From an uncultured Acidobacteriota bacterium (GTDB lineage: Bacteria; Acidobacteriota; Thermoanaerobaculia; UBA5066; Gp7-AA6): a stretch of 53,111 nucleotides of DNA. The notes under the pieces were generated by a model, which was not told the DNA's origin, made no database searches, and saw nothing but the letters and a program-made list of their open reading frames with translations. How positions within the stretch are numbered: position 1 is the first letter of the stretch; every line of letters starts with the position of its first letter. The position numbers and the translations under genes were made by a program. Below, in pieces: positions 1 to 9,290 of the stretch. The stretch lies in assembly GCA_963764715.1 (NCBI GenBank), contig CAVXTP010000025.1, positions 1 to 53,111 of the forward strand. The letters run 5' to 3'.

Positions 1-2488
1 GCCCTCGAGACGCCAGAAGGTCTGCTCCAGTGTGGACACGATGTGGTCGCGCTCGAGCTGCGTCAACGTCTTCGCACCGTCCGAATCCTCCGTGTCCGGC
101 GCCGAGGACGGACGCGCCGGTGAAAACTCGGACCCGAGGCGCAGCGACGAGCCCGTGCTCGAGATGACCGCTCGTTCCACGACGCTCTCGAGCTCGCGGA
201 CGTTGCCCGGCCATTCGTGCGACTCGAGGTCGCTCATCGCGCCCTGCGAGATCTCGAGCGGTGGCTTCCCGATCCGGCGACAGTGCTTCTCGACGAAGAA
301 ACGAACCAGCAGCGGAACGTCCTCGCGCCGCTGGCGCAGGGGCGGCACCGTGATCGGAAAGACGTTCAGGCGGTACCAGAGGTCCGCGCGGAAGCGGCCC
401 GCCCTCACCTCCTCTTCGAGATGACGGTTGGTGGCGGCGATCAGTCGGACGTCGGCCTTGCGGGTCGCGGTGCTTCCCACCCGTTCGAACTCCCCGTCCT
501 GGATCACGCGGAGAAGTTTCGCCTGGAGCTCGATGGGCAACTCGCCGACCTCGTCGAGGAAGAGCGTGCTGCCGTCGGCAATCTCGAAGCGGCCCTTCCG
601 AAGAGCCACGGCCCCGGTGAACGCCCCCCGTTCGTGCCCGAAGAGCTCGCTTTCGACGAGCGAAGGCGGCAGCGCGGCGCAGTTGAGCTTGACGAGAGGC
701 CGTCCGCGGCGGGGGCTCAGCGCGTGGATGGCGCGCGCGACGAGGTCCTTCCCGACGCCCGTCTCGCCGAGGAGCAGCACCGTGCTCGACGTCGGCGCGA
801 CCTGCTGGGCCTTCGAGAGGACGTAGCGCATCGCATCGCTCGAGCCCACGATCCCTTCGACGCCCTGCTCCGGCTGCAGCTGCTCGCGCAGATACGTATT
901 GTCCGCCTCCAGACGGTCCTTGAGCCGTTCGATCTCCGACAGGGCGCGCCGGAGTTCCGCCTCCGACTGCTTGCGCCGGGAGATGTCCCGGTTCGACCCT
1001 CGAACACCGAGGAACTCGCCCCCGTCGCCCGTGACCCTGGAGCAAAGGTGTTCGATCCAGCGGACCTGCCCGGTCTTGTCACGGATGCGGAACTCGAGAC
1101 CCTGGGGCGCTCGTCCCGCCTGGGCTTCCGAACGATGCTCCTCCCAGGCCTCGCGGTCCTCCTCCACGACCAGCTCGGACGGCAGGGACGGTCTCCGATA
1201 GAGCTCCTCGGCCTCATAGCCGGTCGTCCGCAGGCACGAGGGCGACACGTAGGCGAAGGAGCCGTCCGGCCGCTTCCAATACTCCCAGTCGTACGTGAAA
1301 TCCGCGACGGTGCGGTAGCGCGCCTCCGCCGCACGCAGGTCCGCCTCCGCCCGGCGGCGGTTGCGCTGCGCCCGAAGCAGGGCGAGGATCACGAAGGTCT
1401 GGGCAACGAGCAGCGCGAAGAGCCCCAGGATGCGTCCTTTGTACTCGGACCACAGCGTCTTTTCGCGGTAGAGAACGACGCTGCCTGGAGGAAGCTTGTC
1501 CTCGTCGATCTTCCAGCGTCTGAGCTCCCTCCAGTCGAACATCAGCCGGCTCGACGGATGCTCGATCGGCGGGATCGCTGACGCCGCCTCGCCTCGCAGA
1601 ATCCGTGCGGTCAGCTCGCCGGCCTTTTCCCCGATCGGCCCGTACTGGATGAGGTCGCCCCCGACGATGCCCTGGCCGAGAAACGTCTCCGATGCGCCGT
1701 AGATCGGCGCGTTCGAGACCCGGGCGAGTTGACGGAGCACTTCACGGGCGATCGTCGACCTGCCCAGTGTGTCGGAGCGATAGCTGAGGAAGATCACAAC
1801 ACTCTTCTCGGGCAGGTTCGCCAGCCGCTCGACCTGCCGCGCCAGAGGCAGGCCCACGAGGGAAAGGATTTCCTGGCCGGGGGCCTGCTTTTCGATGAGC
1901 TGTCGCGCGAACGCCTCCGCGCCACGGTCGAACCGCGAGGCTCCGCCGACGAGGACGACTCGCCTTGCGTCCGGGTGCAGGAGGAGGGCCACGCTCACCG
2001 TCTTCTCCCCTCCGTTCGGAAAGGAGCCGGTCGAATCCCGCGGCGCAGGCCCGTTTCCGAGCGCGCTCCGGGAGACGTCCGTGAAAACCAGTGGCACCCC
2101 CGGGAAAAGAGCCTCCCGGTTCTGGAGCACGTAGTTCAGCGCCTCGCTGCGTGCGGTCACGACGACGTCGACGGGCCGACCGGAATACTTCTCCCGCAGC
2201 AGTTCGGTGAGCCGCCGAACATAGGCGGAGGTGGCCGTGTCCGGCAGATCGAGGTACTCGAGGTGAATCTCGACGGGCGCGTCGAAGTTCTTCTCGAGCG
2301 CCCCGCGGAAGGCAGATTCCAGGGTCGCCACGGCCGGAGCCGTGCTTCGCAGGGAAAAGAGCAGGAGGACGGAGCGGGGACGGGCTGTCCGGGTCGTCCG
2401 GCGCGGCCGCGAGCGCGGACATCGCGAGGACCGGGACGATCAGACGGAGAGCGGCTCCCTTTCGCCAGGCCGATCGCGCCGTCCACAT
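1..2488 (-). CDS. Sigma-54-dependent activator (FhlA/NtrC-type AAA+) with signal peptide, periplasmic substrate-binding-like domain, TM helix and PAS; 3' end outside window; apparent frameshift near 2376-2379
   Basis: Manual minus-strand translation: GETGVGKD Walker A (~745-770), LVESELFGHERGAFTGA (~610-660), QLERDHIVSTLEQTFWRLEG HTH start (1-60), PAS RYRTVADFTYDWEYW, TM GRILGLFALLVAQTFVILALL. The signal peptide MWTARSAWRKGAALRLIVPVLAMSALAA (ATG 2488) is in a different frame from the body. Confidence 0.88.
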
Positions 2489-2525
2489 GATGTCGGGATC
2501 ATAGTTCTCCGGCCTTCCCGCGCCC

Positions 2526-2558
2526 GCGAAATGTCGCGGTTTGGCGAGATGTCGCGGT
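2526..2558. promoter_or_regulatory. Tandem near-palindromic boxes, candidate upstream activator sites
   Basis: GCGAAATGTCGCGGT (2526-2540) and GCGAGATGTCGCGGT (2544-2558), 18-bp period, about 100 bp upstream of a -24/-12 motif. Confidence 0.55.
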
Positions 2559-2643
2559 CCGCGGCGGTGCTTCGCGGTTCCGTCGGACCCGCAACACGCT
2601 GATTCCAAAGGGCCGCGGGCTCTCGACCGCGTGTGCCCGAACC

Positions 2644-2659
2644 GGGCCCGGCCCTTGCT
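2644..2659 (+). promoter_or_regulatory. Putative sigma-54 (-24/-12) promoter
   Basis: gGGCCCGGCCCTTGCT: GG (2645-46)-N10-GC (2657-58) with TTGCT, divergent from a sigma-54 activator. Confidence 0.55.
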
Positions 2660-2696
2660 TTCTGGAGAAGTCGAAGTGATCGAGCTGAACCAAGGA

Positions 2697-3044
2697 ATGA
2701 TCGTGCTCACCGCGCGCATCGTCGCCCGCCCGGCCGAACGCCGGGAGTTCTCCCAGGCGCTTGTCGCCTGGCTGGCCGCGGCACGACAGGACGCCGCCCT
2801 CCAGTTCGGAGACGTCTACGAAGACCTCGAGGTCCCGGCCACGTTCGGGCTGGTCACCGCGTGGCGTACGTCAGCGGCGCTGGACGCTCACCTGCGCTCG
2901 GATGCGTTCGGCGTCCTGCAGGGCGCCCTGAGGGTCCTCGCCCGGCCGCACCGAATGACGATCATCGGGCCGACGCCGGAACCGCTCACCGAAACGATGG
3001 CCGCGATCCATCGACTCTGGAATGACCAGGAGGCCGACGCATGA
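2697..3044 (+). CDS. ABM (antibiotic biosynthesis monooxygenase)-like dimeric alpha/beta barrel protein
   Basis: MIVLTARIVARPAERREF...VYEDLE...W...ALDAHLRSDAF pattern; AAGGA next to ATG 2697; ATGA overlap with the next gene. Confidence 0.75.
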   Translation: MIVLTARIVARPAERREFSQALVAWLAAARQDAALQFGDVYEDLEVPATFGLVTAWRTSAALDAHLRSDAFGVLQGALRVLARPHRMTIIGPTPEPLTETMAAIHRLWNDQEADA

Positions 3045-5446
3045 GCTCGAACCCGGTGGCCCCGCCAACGACATATCCCCGGCCCAAGACACTGCCGGGA
3101 ATTCTCGGCCTCCTTCTCGCGGTCGGCGCCGCGCGGGCCTCGGCGCAACAGGCGACCCCGGCCGACGGCTCCGTGCTTCCGTTTCCGCCGGTGCCGTCGG
3201 CGAGCGTCGCCCGGCCCACGCTGCAGGAGTCGAAGCTCGCCAGTCGTGCCCAGCCGGACCATCTGCCGAAGAACGCTCCGAACGTCCTCATCATCCTGCT
3301 CGACGACGTCGGCTTCGGCTTGCCCGAAACCTACGGCGGCCCGATTCACACACCCACGCTCACGCGCATCGCAAATCAGGGCGTCAGCTACAACTCCTTC
3401 CACACCACCGCGATCTGCTCGCCCACGCGGGCGGCGCTCCTGACCGGCCGCAACCACCAGCGCGTGGGCTCGGGCACGATCGCCGAGCGCGCCGTGGACT
3501 GGGACGGCTACACGGGTGTCATTCCGCGGACCTCGGCGACTCTGGCGAAGGTGCTGGGGGCCTATGGTTACAAGACCGCCGCCTTCGGCAAGTGGCACAA
3601 CACCCCCGCGACCGAGACCACGGCGATGGGGCCGTTCACCCTCTGGCCGACCGGAGAGGGGATCGGCTTCGACTACTTCTATGGATTCCTCGCGGGCGAG
3701 ACCTCGCAGTGGGAGCCGCGGCTCTACGAGAACCTCAACCCGATCGAGCCTCCGCACAGCGAGACCTACCACCTGAGCGAAGACCTGGCGGATCGGGCCG
3801 TCGCGTGGATGAAGCGCCACCAGGCGTACGCGCCCGACAAGCCCTTCTTCATGTACTGGGCCCCCGGCGCCGGTCATGGCCCGCACCACGTCTCCAAGGA
3901 ATGGGCCGACAGGTACAAAGGCCGGTTCGACGGAGGCTGGGACGTCCTGCGCGAGACGATCTTCAAGCGCCAGAAGGAGCTCGGCTGGGTCCCGGCCGGA
4001 ACGAAGCTCACGCCGCGGCCCGAGTCGATGGCCGCCTGGGCCAGCATCCCCGAGTCGGAGCGGCCGTTCCAGCGGCGCTTGATGGAGGTCTACGCGGGCT
4101 TCGTCGAGCACGTCGACGCCCAGGCCGGCAGGGTCATCGACGGACTCGACCAGCTCGGCCTGCGCGAGAACACGATCGTCTTCTACATCTGGGGCGACAA
4201 CGGCTCGAGCGCCGAAGGCCAGAACGGCACCATCAGCGAGCTTCTGGCTCAGAACCAGATCCCGAACACGATGGAGCAGCAGCTCGCCGCTCTCGAAAAG
4301 CTCGGCGGCCTCGATGCGATCGGCGGCCCCAAGACCGACAACATGTACCACGCCGGCTGGGCGTGGGCGGGCGACACCCCGTTGCGGTACACGAAGCTCA
4401 TCGCCTCGCATTTCGGCGGCACGCGCAACCCGATGGCGGTCTCGTGGCCGGCGCGCATCCGGCCCGACAAGACGCCGCGCGCGCAGTTCCACCACGTCAA
4501 CGACATCGTGCCGACGATCTACGACGTCCTCGGCATCACTCCGCCGAAGGTCGTCGACGGCTTCGCGCAGGACCCGATCGACGGCGTGAGCATGGCCTAC
4601 ACCTTCGCGGATGCGAAGGCGCCCGGGCGCAAGCGCACGCAGTACTTCGACAACAACGGCAGCCGCGGCATCTATCAGGACGGCTGGTACGCCTGCACGT
4701 TCGGACCCCTGACGCCGTGGCTCACGGTGAGCCCGGGGCTGGCGACGTGGGACTCGAACAAGGACGTCTGGGAGCTCTACGACACCCGGACCGACTTTTC
4801 GCAGGCGAACGACCTCGCCGCCAAAGACCCGAAGCGGCTCAAAGACCTGCAGGCGTTGTTCCTGAAAGAAGCCGAAGCGAACAAGGCCTTCCCGATCGGC
4901 GCCGGGATCTGGCTGCGCCTCCACCCGGAGGATCGGGTCAAGACGCCCTACACGAGCTGGCAGTTCGACGCGACGACGACCCGCATGCCGGAGTTCACCG
5001 CGCCCGGCCTCGGCCGCGAGAGCAACCGCGTCACCGTCGATGTCGAGCTTCCCGAGAACGCTTCGGGCGTCCTCTACGCGCTGGGCGGCGCATCCGGCGG
5101 CCTCGCTCTCTACATGGACAAGGGCCAGCTCGTCTACGAGTACAACATGATGATCATCGAGCGCTACACCGCGCGCTCGAAGGGCAGGCTCGCGCCCGGC
5201 AAGCACCGGATCGAGGTGGACACGACCATCGCGAAGCCCGGCGCGCCGGCCGAGGTCGTTCTCTCCGTCGACGGCGCCGAGGTCGCCCGCACGACCGTCA
5301 AGCGCACGGTGCCGGCGGCCTTCACCGCCAGCGAGACCTTCGACGTCGGCGTCGATCTCGGCTCGCCGGTCTCGCTCGATTACTTCGACCGGCGGCCGTT
5401 CCGGTTCGACGGCACGGTCGAGGCGGTTCGAGTGGAGCTGAAGTAG
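3041..5446 (+). CDS. Arylsulfatase (Cys-type, secreted)
   Basis: Signal peptide, PNVLIILLDDVG, CSPTRAALLTGR, GKWH, GDNG motifs. Confidence 0.95.
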   Translation: MSSNPVAPPTTYPRPKTLPGILGLLLAVGAARASAQQATPADGSVLPFPPVPSASVARPTLQESKLASRAQPDHLPKNAPNVLIILLDDVGFGLPETYGGPIHTPTLTRIANQGVSYNSFHTTAICSPTRAALLTGRNHQRVGSGTIAERAVDWDGYTGVIPRTSATLAKVLGAYGYKTAAFGKWHNTPATETTAMGPFTLWPTGEGIGFDYFYGFLAGETSQWEPRLYENLNPIEPPHSETYHLSEDLADRAVAWMKRHQAYAPDKPFFMYWAPGAGHGPHHVSKEWADRYKGRFDGGWDVLRETIFKRQKELGWVPAGTKLTPRPESMAAWASIPESERPFQRRLMEVYAGFVEHVDAQAGRVIDGLDQLGLRENTIVFYIWGDNGSSAEGQNGTISELLAQNQIPNTMEQQLAALEKLGGLDAIGGPKTDNMYHAGWAWAGDTPLRYTKLIASHFGGTRNPMAVSWPARIRPDKTPRAQFHHVNDIVPTIYDVLGITPPKVVDGFAQDPIDGVSMAYTFADAKAPGRKRTQYFDNNGSRGIYQDGWYACTFGPLTPWLTVSPGLATWDSNKDVWELYDTRTDFSQANDLAAKDPKRLKDLQALFLKEAEANKAFPIGAGIWLRLHPEDRVKTPYTSWQFDATTTRMPEFTAPGLGRESNRVTVDVELPENASGVLYALGGASGGLALYMDKGQLVYEYNMMIIERYTARSKGRLAPGKHRIEVDTTIAKPGAPAEVVLSVDGAEVARTTVKRTVPAAFTASETFDVGVDLGSPVSLDYFDRRPFRFDGTVEAVRVELK

Positions 5447-5487
5447 TGCCTAGCCAGCGGTTGCCCCGGGAGGGGATGAAGGGAGAG

Positions 5488-6432
5488 ATGATGCATCGTC
5501 GCGTTCCCGTTTCCGTCCTGTTCGTGCTCGGCCTCGTCCTGCTGCTGCCCGGCCGGATCCTCGCCCAGGGCGAAGGCGCTCACACCTACCTGCCGGCCCC
5601 GGAGGGCACGAACATCCTCGTTCCCACCTACATGGACATCTCGAGCAACTACAACTTCACCCAGAGCATCCAGATCCGCAACGCGGACATCCGGAGCCAG
5701 ATCGGCGTACTGAGCTACCTCCACTTCTTCTGCATCGCAGGGCAACTCGCCGAGCTCTGGGCGAGCCCGATCTTCGGCAGCGTCAGCGGCACGCTCGACC
5801 TGCCCACCCCCGATGGCGGATCTCAGACGGTCAACGTGCGGCCGCATTCCGGGTTCGCGGATCCGTACGTGGCTCTCCGAGTGGGCCTCTTCGGCGCGCC
5901 CGCCCTCGAACCTGCCGAGTTCGTGAAGCACAGGCAGACGTTCCAGGTCTATGGACTGGTCGGGGTCATGCCGCCGCTCGGCTCCTACGACAGCGACCGG
6001 CTCATCAATCTCGGCACGAACCGATGGGCGTTCCGGCTGGGAGCGCCGATCGTGGTGCCGTTCGGGGACTCCAAGGACCCGTTCTGGCTCGAAGCGAACC
6101 CGAACGTCTATCTCTACACCGACAACACCGACGTGTCCGGACCGGGAACCGAGCGAAGCCAGAACCCGCTGTGGGTCCTCGAGACACACCTCTCGCACGA
6201 CCTCACGAAGATGTTCTGGCTCTCGTTCGATCTGCGCGGCCAGTACGGCGGCGCGACGACCTCCGACGGCGTTTACGACGACAACCGGATCGAACAGCTC
6301 GGCGGCGGCGGGACCCTCGGCATTCAGCTCAGCCGGCCCCTCGGGCTTCAGGTCACCTACGGAACCATCTTCGCCAAGAGCGGGGACGCGCGAGGAAACA
6401 TGTGGCGCGCCCGAATGACATACGCATTCTGA
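5488..6432 (+). CDS. Outer-membrane beta-barrel, phenol-MetA-deg/QbdB-like 'transporter' family
   Basis: GGGAGAG RBS, signal peptide, SGFADP and PPLGSYDSDRLINLGTNRW motifs, C-terminal TYAF. Confidence 0.8.
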   Translation: MMHRRVPVSVLFVLGLVLLLPGRILAQGEGAHTYLPAPEGTNILVPTYMDISSNYNFTQSIQIRNADIRSQIGVLSYLHFFCIAGQLAELWASPIFGSVSGTLDLPTPDGGSQTVNVRPHSGFADPYVALRVGLFGAPALEPAEFVKHRQTFQVYGLVGVMPPLGSYDSDRLINLGTNRWAFRLGAPIVVPFGDSKDPFWLEANPNVYLYTDNTDVSGPGTERSQNPLWVLETHLSHDLTKMFWLSFDLRGQYGGATTSDGVYDDNRIEQLGGGGTLGIQLSRPLGLQVTYGTIFAKSGDARGNMWRARMTYAF

Positions 6433-6528
6433 AGTGAATCGAAACGGTTGGACGCGCAAACCGCTCGGAACGGTGCGGGACGCGCACGGAGGAGGACTGG
6501 CAATGAAGGAATCCATGAGGAGAGCGTC

Positions 6529-7297
6529 ATGATCACCGGCAAATTCAAGGCAGCGCTGGCCGCCGCGCTACTGATGGCGCTCGCGGGCACGGCTTCGGCC
6601 CAGCAGGCCGCCGCGTCCGCGATCGACCCCGGAGCGGTGGCGGCGCTCGACAGGATGGGAGCGTACCTGCGGACCGTCAAGACCTTCCGGGTGACGGCCA
6701 GGACCACCCGGGACAAGGTCCTCGACGACGGGCTTGCTCGTCCAGCGCGACGGGAAGGTCGACATCCTGGCCCAGTTTCCCTCGCACCTGAGGATCGACA
6801 CCATCAACGGCGAGAAGCAACGGCTCTATCTCTACGACGGCAAGAACTTCACGCTCTACGGCCAGGCGATCCAGTACTACGCCACGGTCCCGGCGCCCGC
6901 GACGATCGGTCAGCTCGCCGGCGTGCTCGCCGACAAGTACGACATCGAGCTACCCCTCGAAGACCTCTTCTGGTGGGGGACGGAGAGAGTGAACTCGAGC
7001 GCCCTCGTGGCGGCGGCCAATGCCGGTCCGAGCGACGTCGCCGGCACCACGTGCGAGCACTACGCGTTCCGCCAGGAGGGTCTCGATTGGCAGATCTGGA
7101 TCCAGCGGGGAGATTACCCGCTGCCGCGCAAGCTCGTCATCACGACGACGACCGACGAGGCGCGGCCGCAGTACTCGGCCGTCTACACCTGGGACCTCGC
7201 GCCGTCCTTCAACGAGGCGGCGTTCACCTTCGACGCCCCCGCCGACGCCAAACGCATCGTTTTCGCCAACGCCACCGGCTCGGCCGGCGGGAACTGA
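6529..7297 (+). CDS. DUF2092-like periplasmic protein; apparent +1 frameshift at 6730-6732
   Basis: N-part MITGKFKAALAAALL...ALDRMGAYLRTVKTFRV joins LVQRDGKV...CEHYAFRQEGLDWQIWIQRGDYPLPRKLVIT...PQY if one G of GGG 6730-6732 is removed. Confidence 0.8.
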
Positions 7298-7307
7298 GAG
7301 GAGCGAC

Positions 7308-7836
7308 ATGAACAAAGCCATTTTTCGACAGACGATCGCCGCCTTCCTGACGGCTCTTCTCGCGGCAGCGACCGGTCTCGCCCTTCCGAACAAGCCGGGC
7401 GGCGGGGGCGGGAGACTCGCGCGGCCAGGCCAAGTCGAGCGTCAACAACGCCGGCAGCCGCAACGACAACAAGAACCGAAACACCAACGTCAACCAGAAC
7501 AAGAACGTCAACGTCAACCAGAACAAGAACGTCAATCGGAACACCAACGTCAACGTCGATCGCGACATCGACATCGACGTGGACGTCGACCACCACCATG
7601 GCTACGGCTACAACAACGGTTGCTGCTTCAACGACAACCCGATTGCCACAGCCGCCGCCATCACCGCGACGACGATGGTCACCGCGGCCGTCATCGGCTC
7701 CATCGTCAGCACGCCCCCGGTGGGCTGCATGACGACCGTCATCAACGGCATCGCCTACCAGCAGTGCGGCTCGACCTGGTATCAGCCGCAGTATGCCGGG
7801 ACTTCGGTCAGCTACATGGTCGTCGGCCATCCGTAA
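7308..7836 (+). CDS. Secreted Asn/Val-repeat protein with C-terminal Cys-containing domain (DUF6515-like); apparent +1 frameshift at 7404-7412
   Basis: GAGGAG RBS, signal peptide MNKAIFRQTIAAFLTALLAAATGLA; after removing one G it reads DSRGQAKSSVNNAGSRNDNKNRNTNVNQNKNVNV...CMTTVINGIAYQQCGSTWYQP. Confidence 0.7.
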
Positions 7837-7849
7837 GAGGGAGAACACA

Positions 7850-8287
7850 ATGATGAGAACAACGAGAACCATCGCGATGGCCGCCGCGATGCTCGCCATG
7901 GCCTGGGCCGCGCCCGTCCATGCGGGGCAAAAGACCGTTCAGCCCAAAGCGGCGCCGGCCGGATCATGGGTCGTCATCGGGCAGACGCACGCCAGCCACT
8001 CGGCGGACCACGACGGCATCGTCGTCCAGGGTCCGTTCGACAACTTCCGCAAGATCAAGTTCAAGGTCACAGACGCACCCCTGAACATGCAGCACATGGT
8101 CGTCACCTACGACAACGGCCAGCCCGACAGGATCGACGTGCGGCAGAACATCCCCCAGGGCGGGGAGAGCCGGGTGATCGACCTCAAGGGCGTCGGCCAG
8201 CGGAGCATCCGCCGGATCGACTTCTGGTACGACACGAAGGGCTCCGGGAAGGGCAAGGCGGACGTCACCGTGTTCGGGATGAAGTGA
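7850..8287 (+). CDS. Secreted beta-rich protein, DUF2541/YaaI-like
   Basis: Signal peptide ending AAPVHA; FRKIKFKV...MVVTYDNG...GESRVIDL...RSIRRIDFWY. Confidence 0.7.
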   Translation: MMRTTRTIAMAAAMLAMAWAAPVHAGQKTVQPKAAPAGSWVVIGQTHASHSADHDGIVVQGPFDNFRKIKFKVTDAPLNMQHMVVTYDNGQPDRIDVRQNIPQGGESRVIDLKGVGQRSIRRIDFWYDTKGSGKGKADVTVFGMK

Positions 8288-8314
8288 GCCGCAGGAAAGG
8301 ATAAGGAGTCGAGG

Positions 8315-9232
8315 ATGCCGAAACTCAAGACGCTGAGCTCGCTGCTGACGATGGCTTGTGCCGTTCTCGTGAGCGCTTTCGTCGGATGTTCCTATCCGAC
8401 GGAGGTGATCAACGCGAACCAGGCCGTCGAGTCCGCCAGGCAGGCCGGCAAGGACAAGCTGTGCCCGGACGATTTCAGGGCGGCGGAGCGGCTCAAGGAC
8501 GAGGCGTATGCACTCTGCAGGTCCTGCGATACGACGAAGGCGATCGCCCTGGCCAAGGAGGCAATCGACAAGGCCAACGGCCTGTGCCCGCCCAGGGTCG
8601 TCGCCGAAGCCCGGCCGGCGCCTGCACCGGCTCCCGTCCAGCCGCCGGCGCCTGCGCCGACGCTGTCCCTCTCGGCGAGCCCGGCGTCGCTCCAGCAGGG
8701 GCAGTGCGCGACGCTGACGTGGTCCTCGGCGAACGCTTCGAGCGTCTCGATCGACCAGGGAGTCGGAAAGGTGGATCTGAACGGCTCCCGGCAGGTCTGC
8801 CCCGATCGCACGACGCAATACCGCATCGCCGCGCTCGGCGCGGGCGGATCCCGCGAGGCATCCGCGACGGTCGCCGTGGCCGCCAGGGTCGTCGATCGCC
8901 TGACCCTCCACGTCAATTTCGATTTCAACAAGGCGACCGTCAGAAAGCCGGACGATGCCGACCTGCAGAAGGCCATCGACTTCGTGAAGAAGTACTCGGG
9001 CTACCAGATTTCTCTGATTGGTTACACGGACAGCATCGGCAGCGACGCGTACAACCAGGCCCTCTCGGAGAAGAGAGCCGATACCGTGAAGGGATACCTC
9101 GCGGCGCACGGCGTCGACGCCGCGCGGATCCAGGCCTCGGGGCGCGGAGAATCCGACCCCGTGGGAGACAACTCGACGGAGCAGGGGCGGTTTCAGAACC
9201 GCCGGGTCGAGATCGTGGTTCTTTCCGAGTGA
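8315..9232 (+). CDS. OmpA-family lipoprotein with DUF4398-like N-terminus
   Basis: Lipobox FVGC, Pro-rich linker, VNFDFNKA, GYTDSIGSDAYNQALSEKRA, NRRVEI. Confidence 0.9.
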   Translation: MPKLKTLSSLLTMACAVLVSAFVGCSYPTEVINANQAVESARQAGKDKLCPDDFRAAERLKDEAYALCRSCDTTKAIALAKEAIDKANGLCPPRVVAEARPAPAPAPVQPPAPAPTLSLSASPASLQQGQCATLTWSSANASSVSIDQGVGKVDLNGSRQVCPDRTTQYRIAALGAGGSREASATVAVAARVVDRLTLHVNFDFNKATVRKPDDADLQKAIDFVKKYSGYQISLIGYTDSIGSDAYNQALSEKRADTVKGYLAAHGVDAARIQASGRGESDPVGDNSTEQGRFQNRRVEIVVLSE

Positions 9233-9290
9233 CGAACCACCGAAGTCCGACGAGGTCGAACTGCCGGTCGAACAGTTGGGAGATCGAAAG

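Noticed and set aside
217-2490. Plus-strand ORFs 217-1581 and 1729-2490
   Set aside because: Antisense shadows in codon phase with the minus-strand sigma-54 activator.
3022-6432. 1136-aa ORF as one protein
   Set aside because: The first ~820 aa are an off-frame read of the sulfatase; only 5488-6432 has an RBS, signal peptide and family motifs.
2376-7412. Programmed ribosomal frameshifting at the three lesions
   Set aside because: No canonical slippery heptamers seen; a single extra G in a homopolymer explains each.
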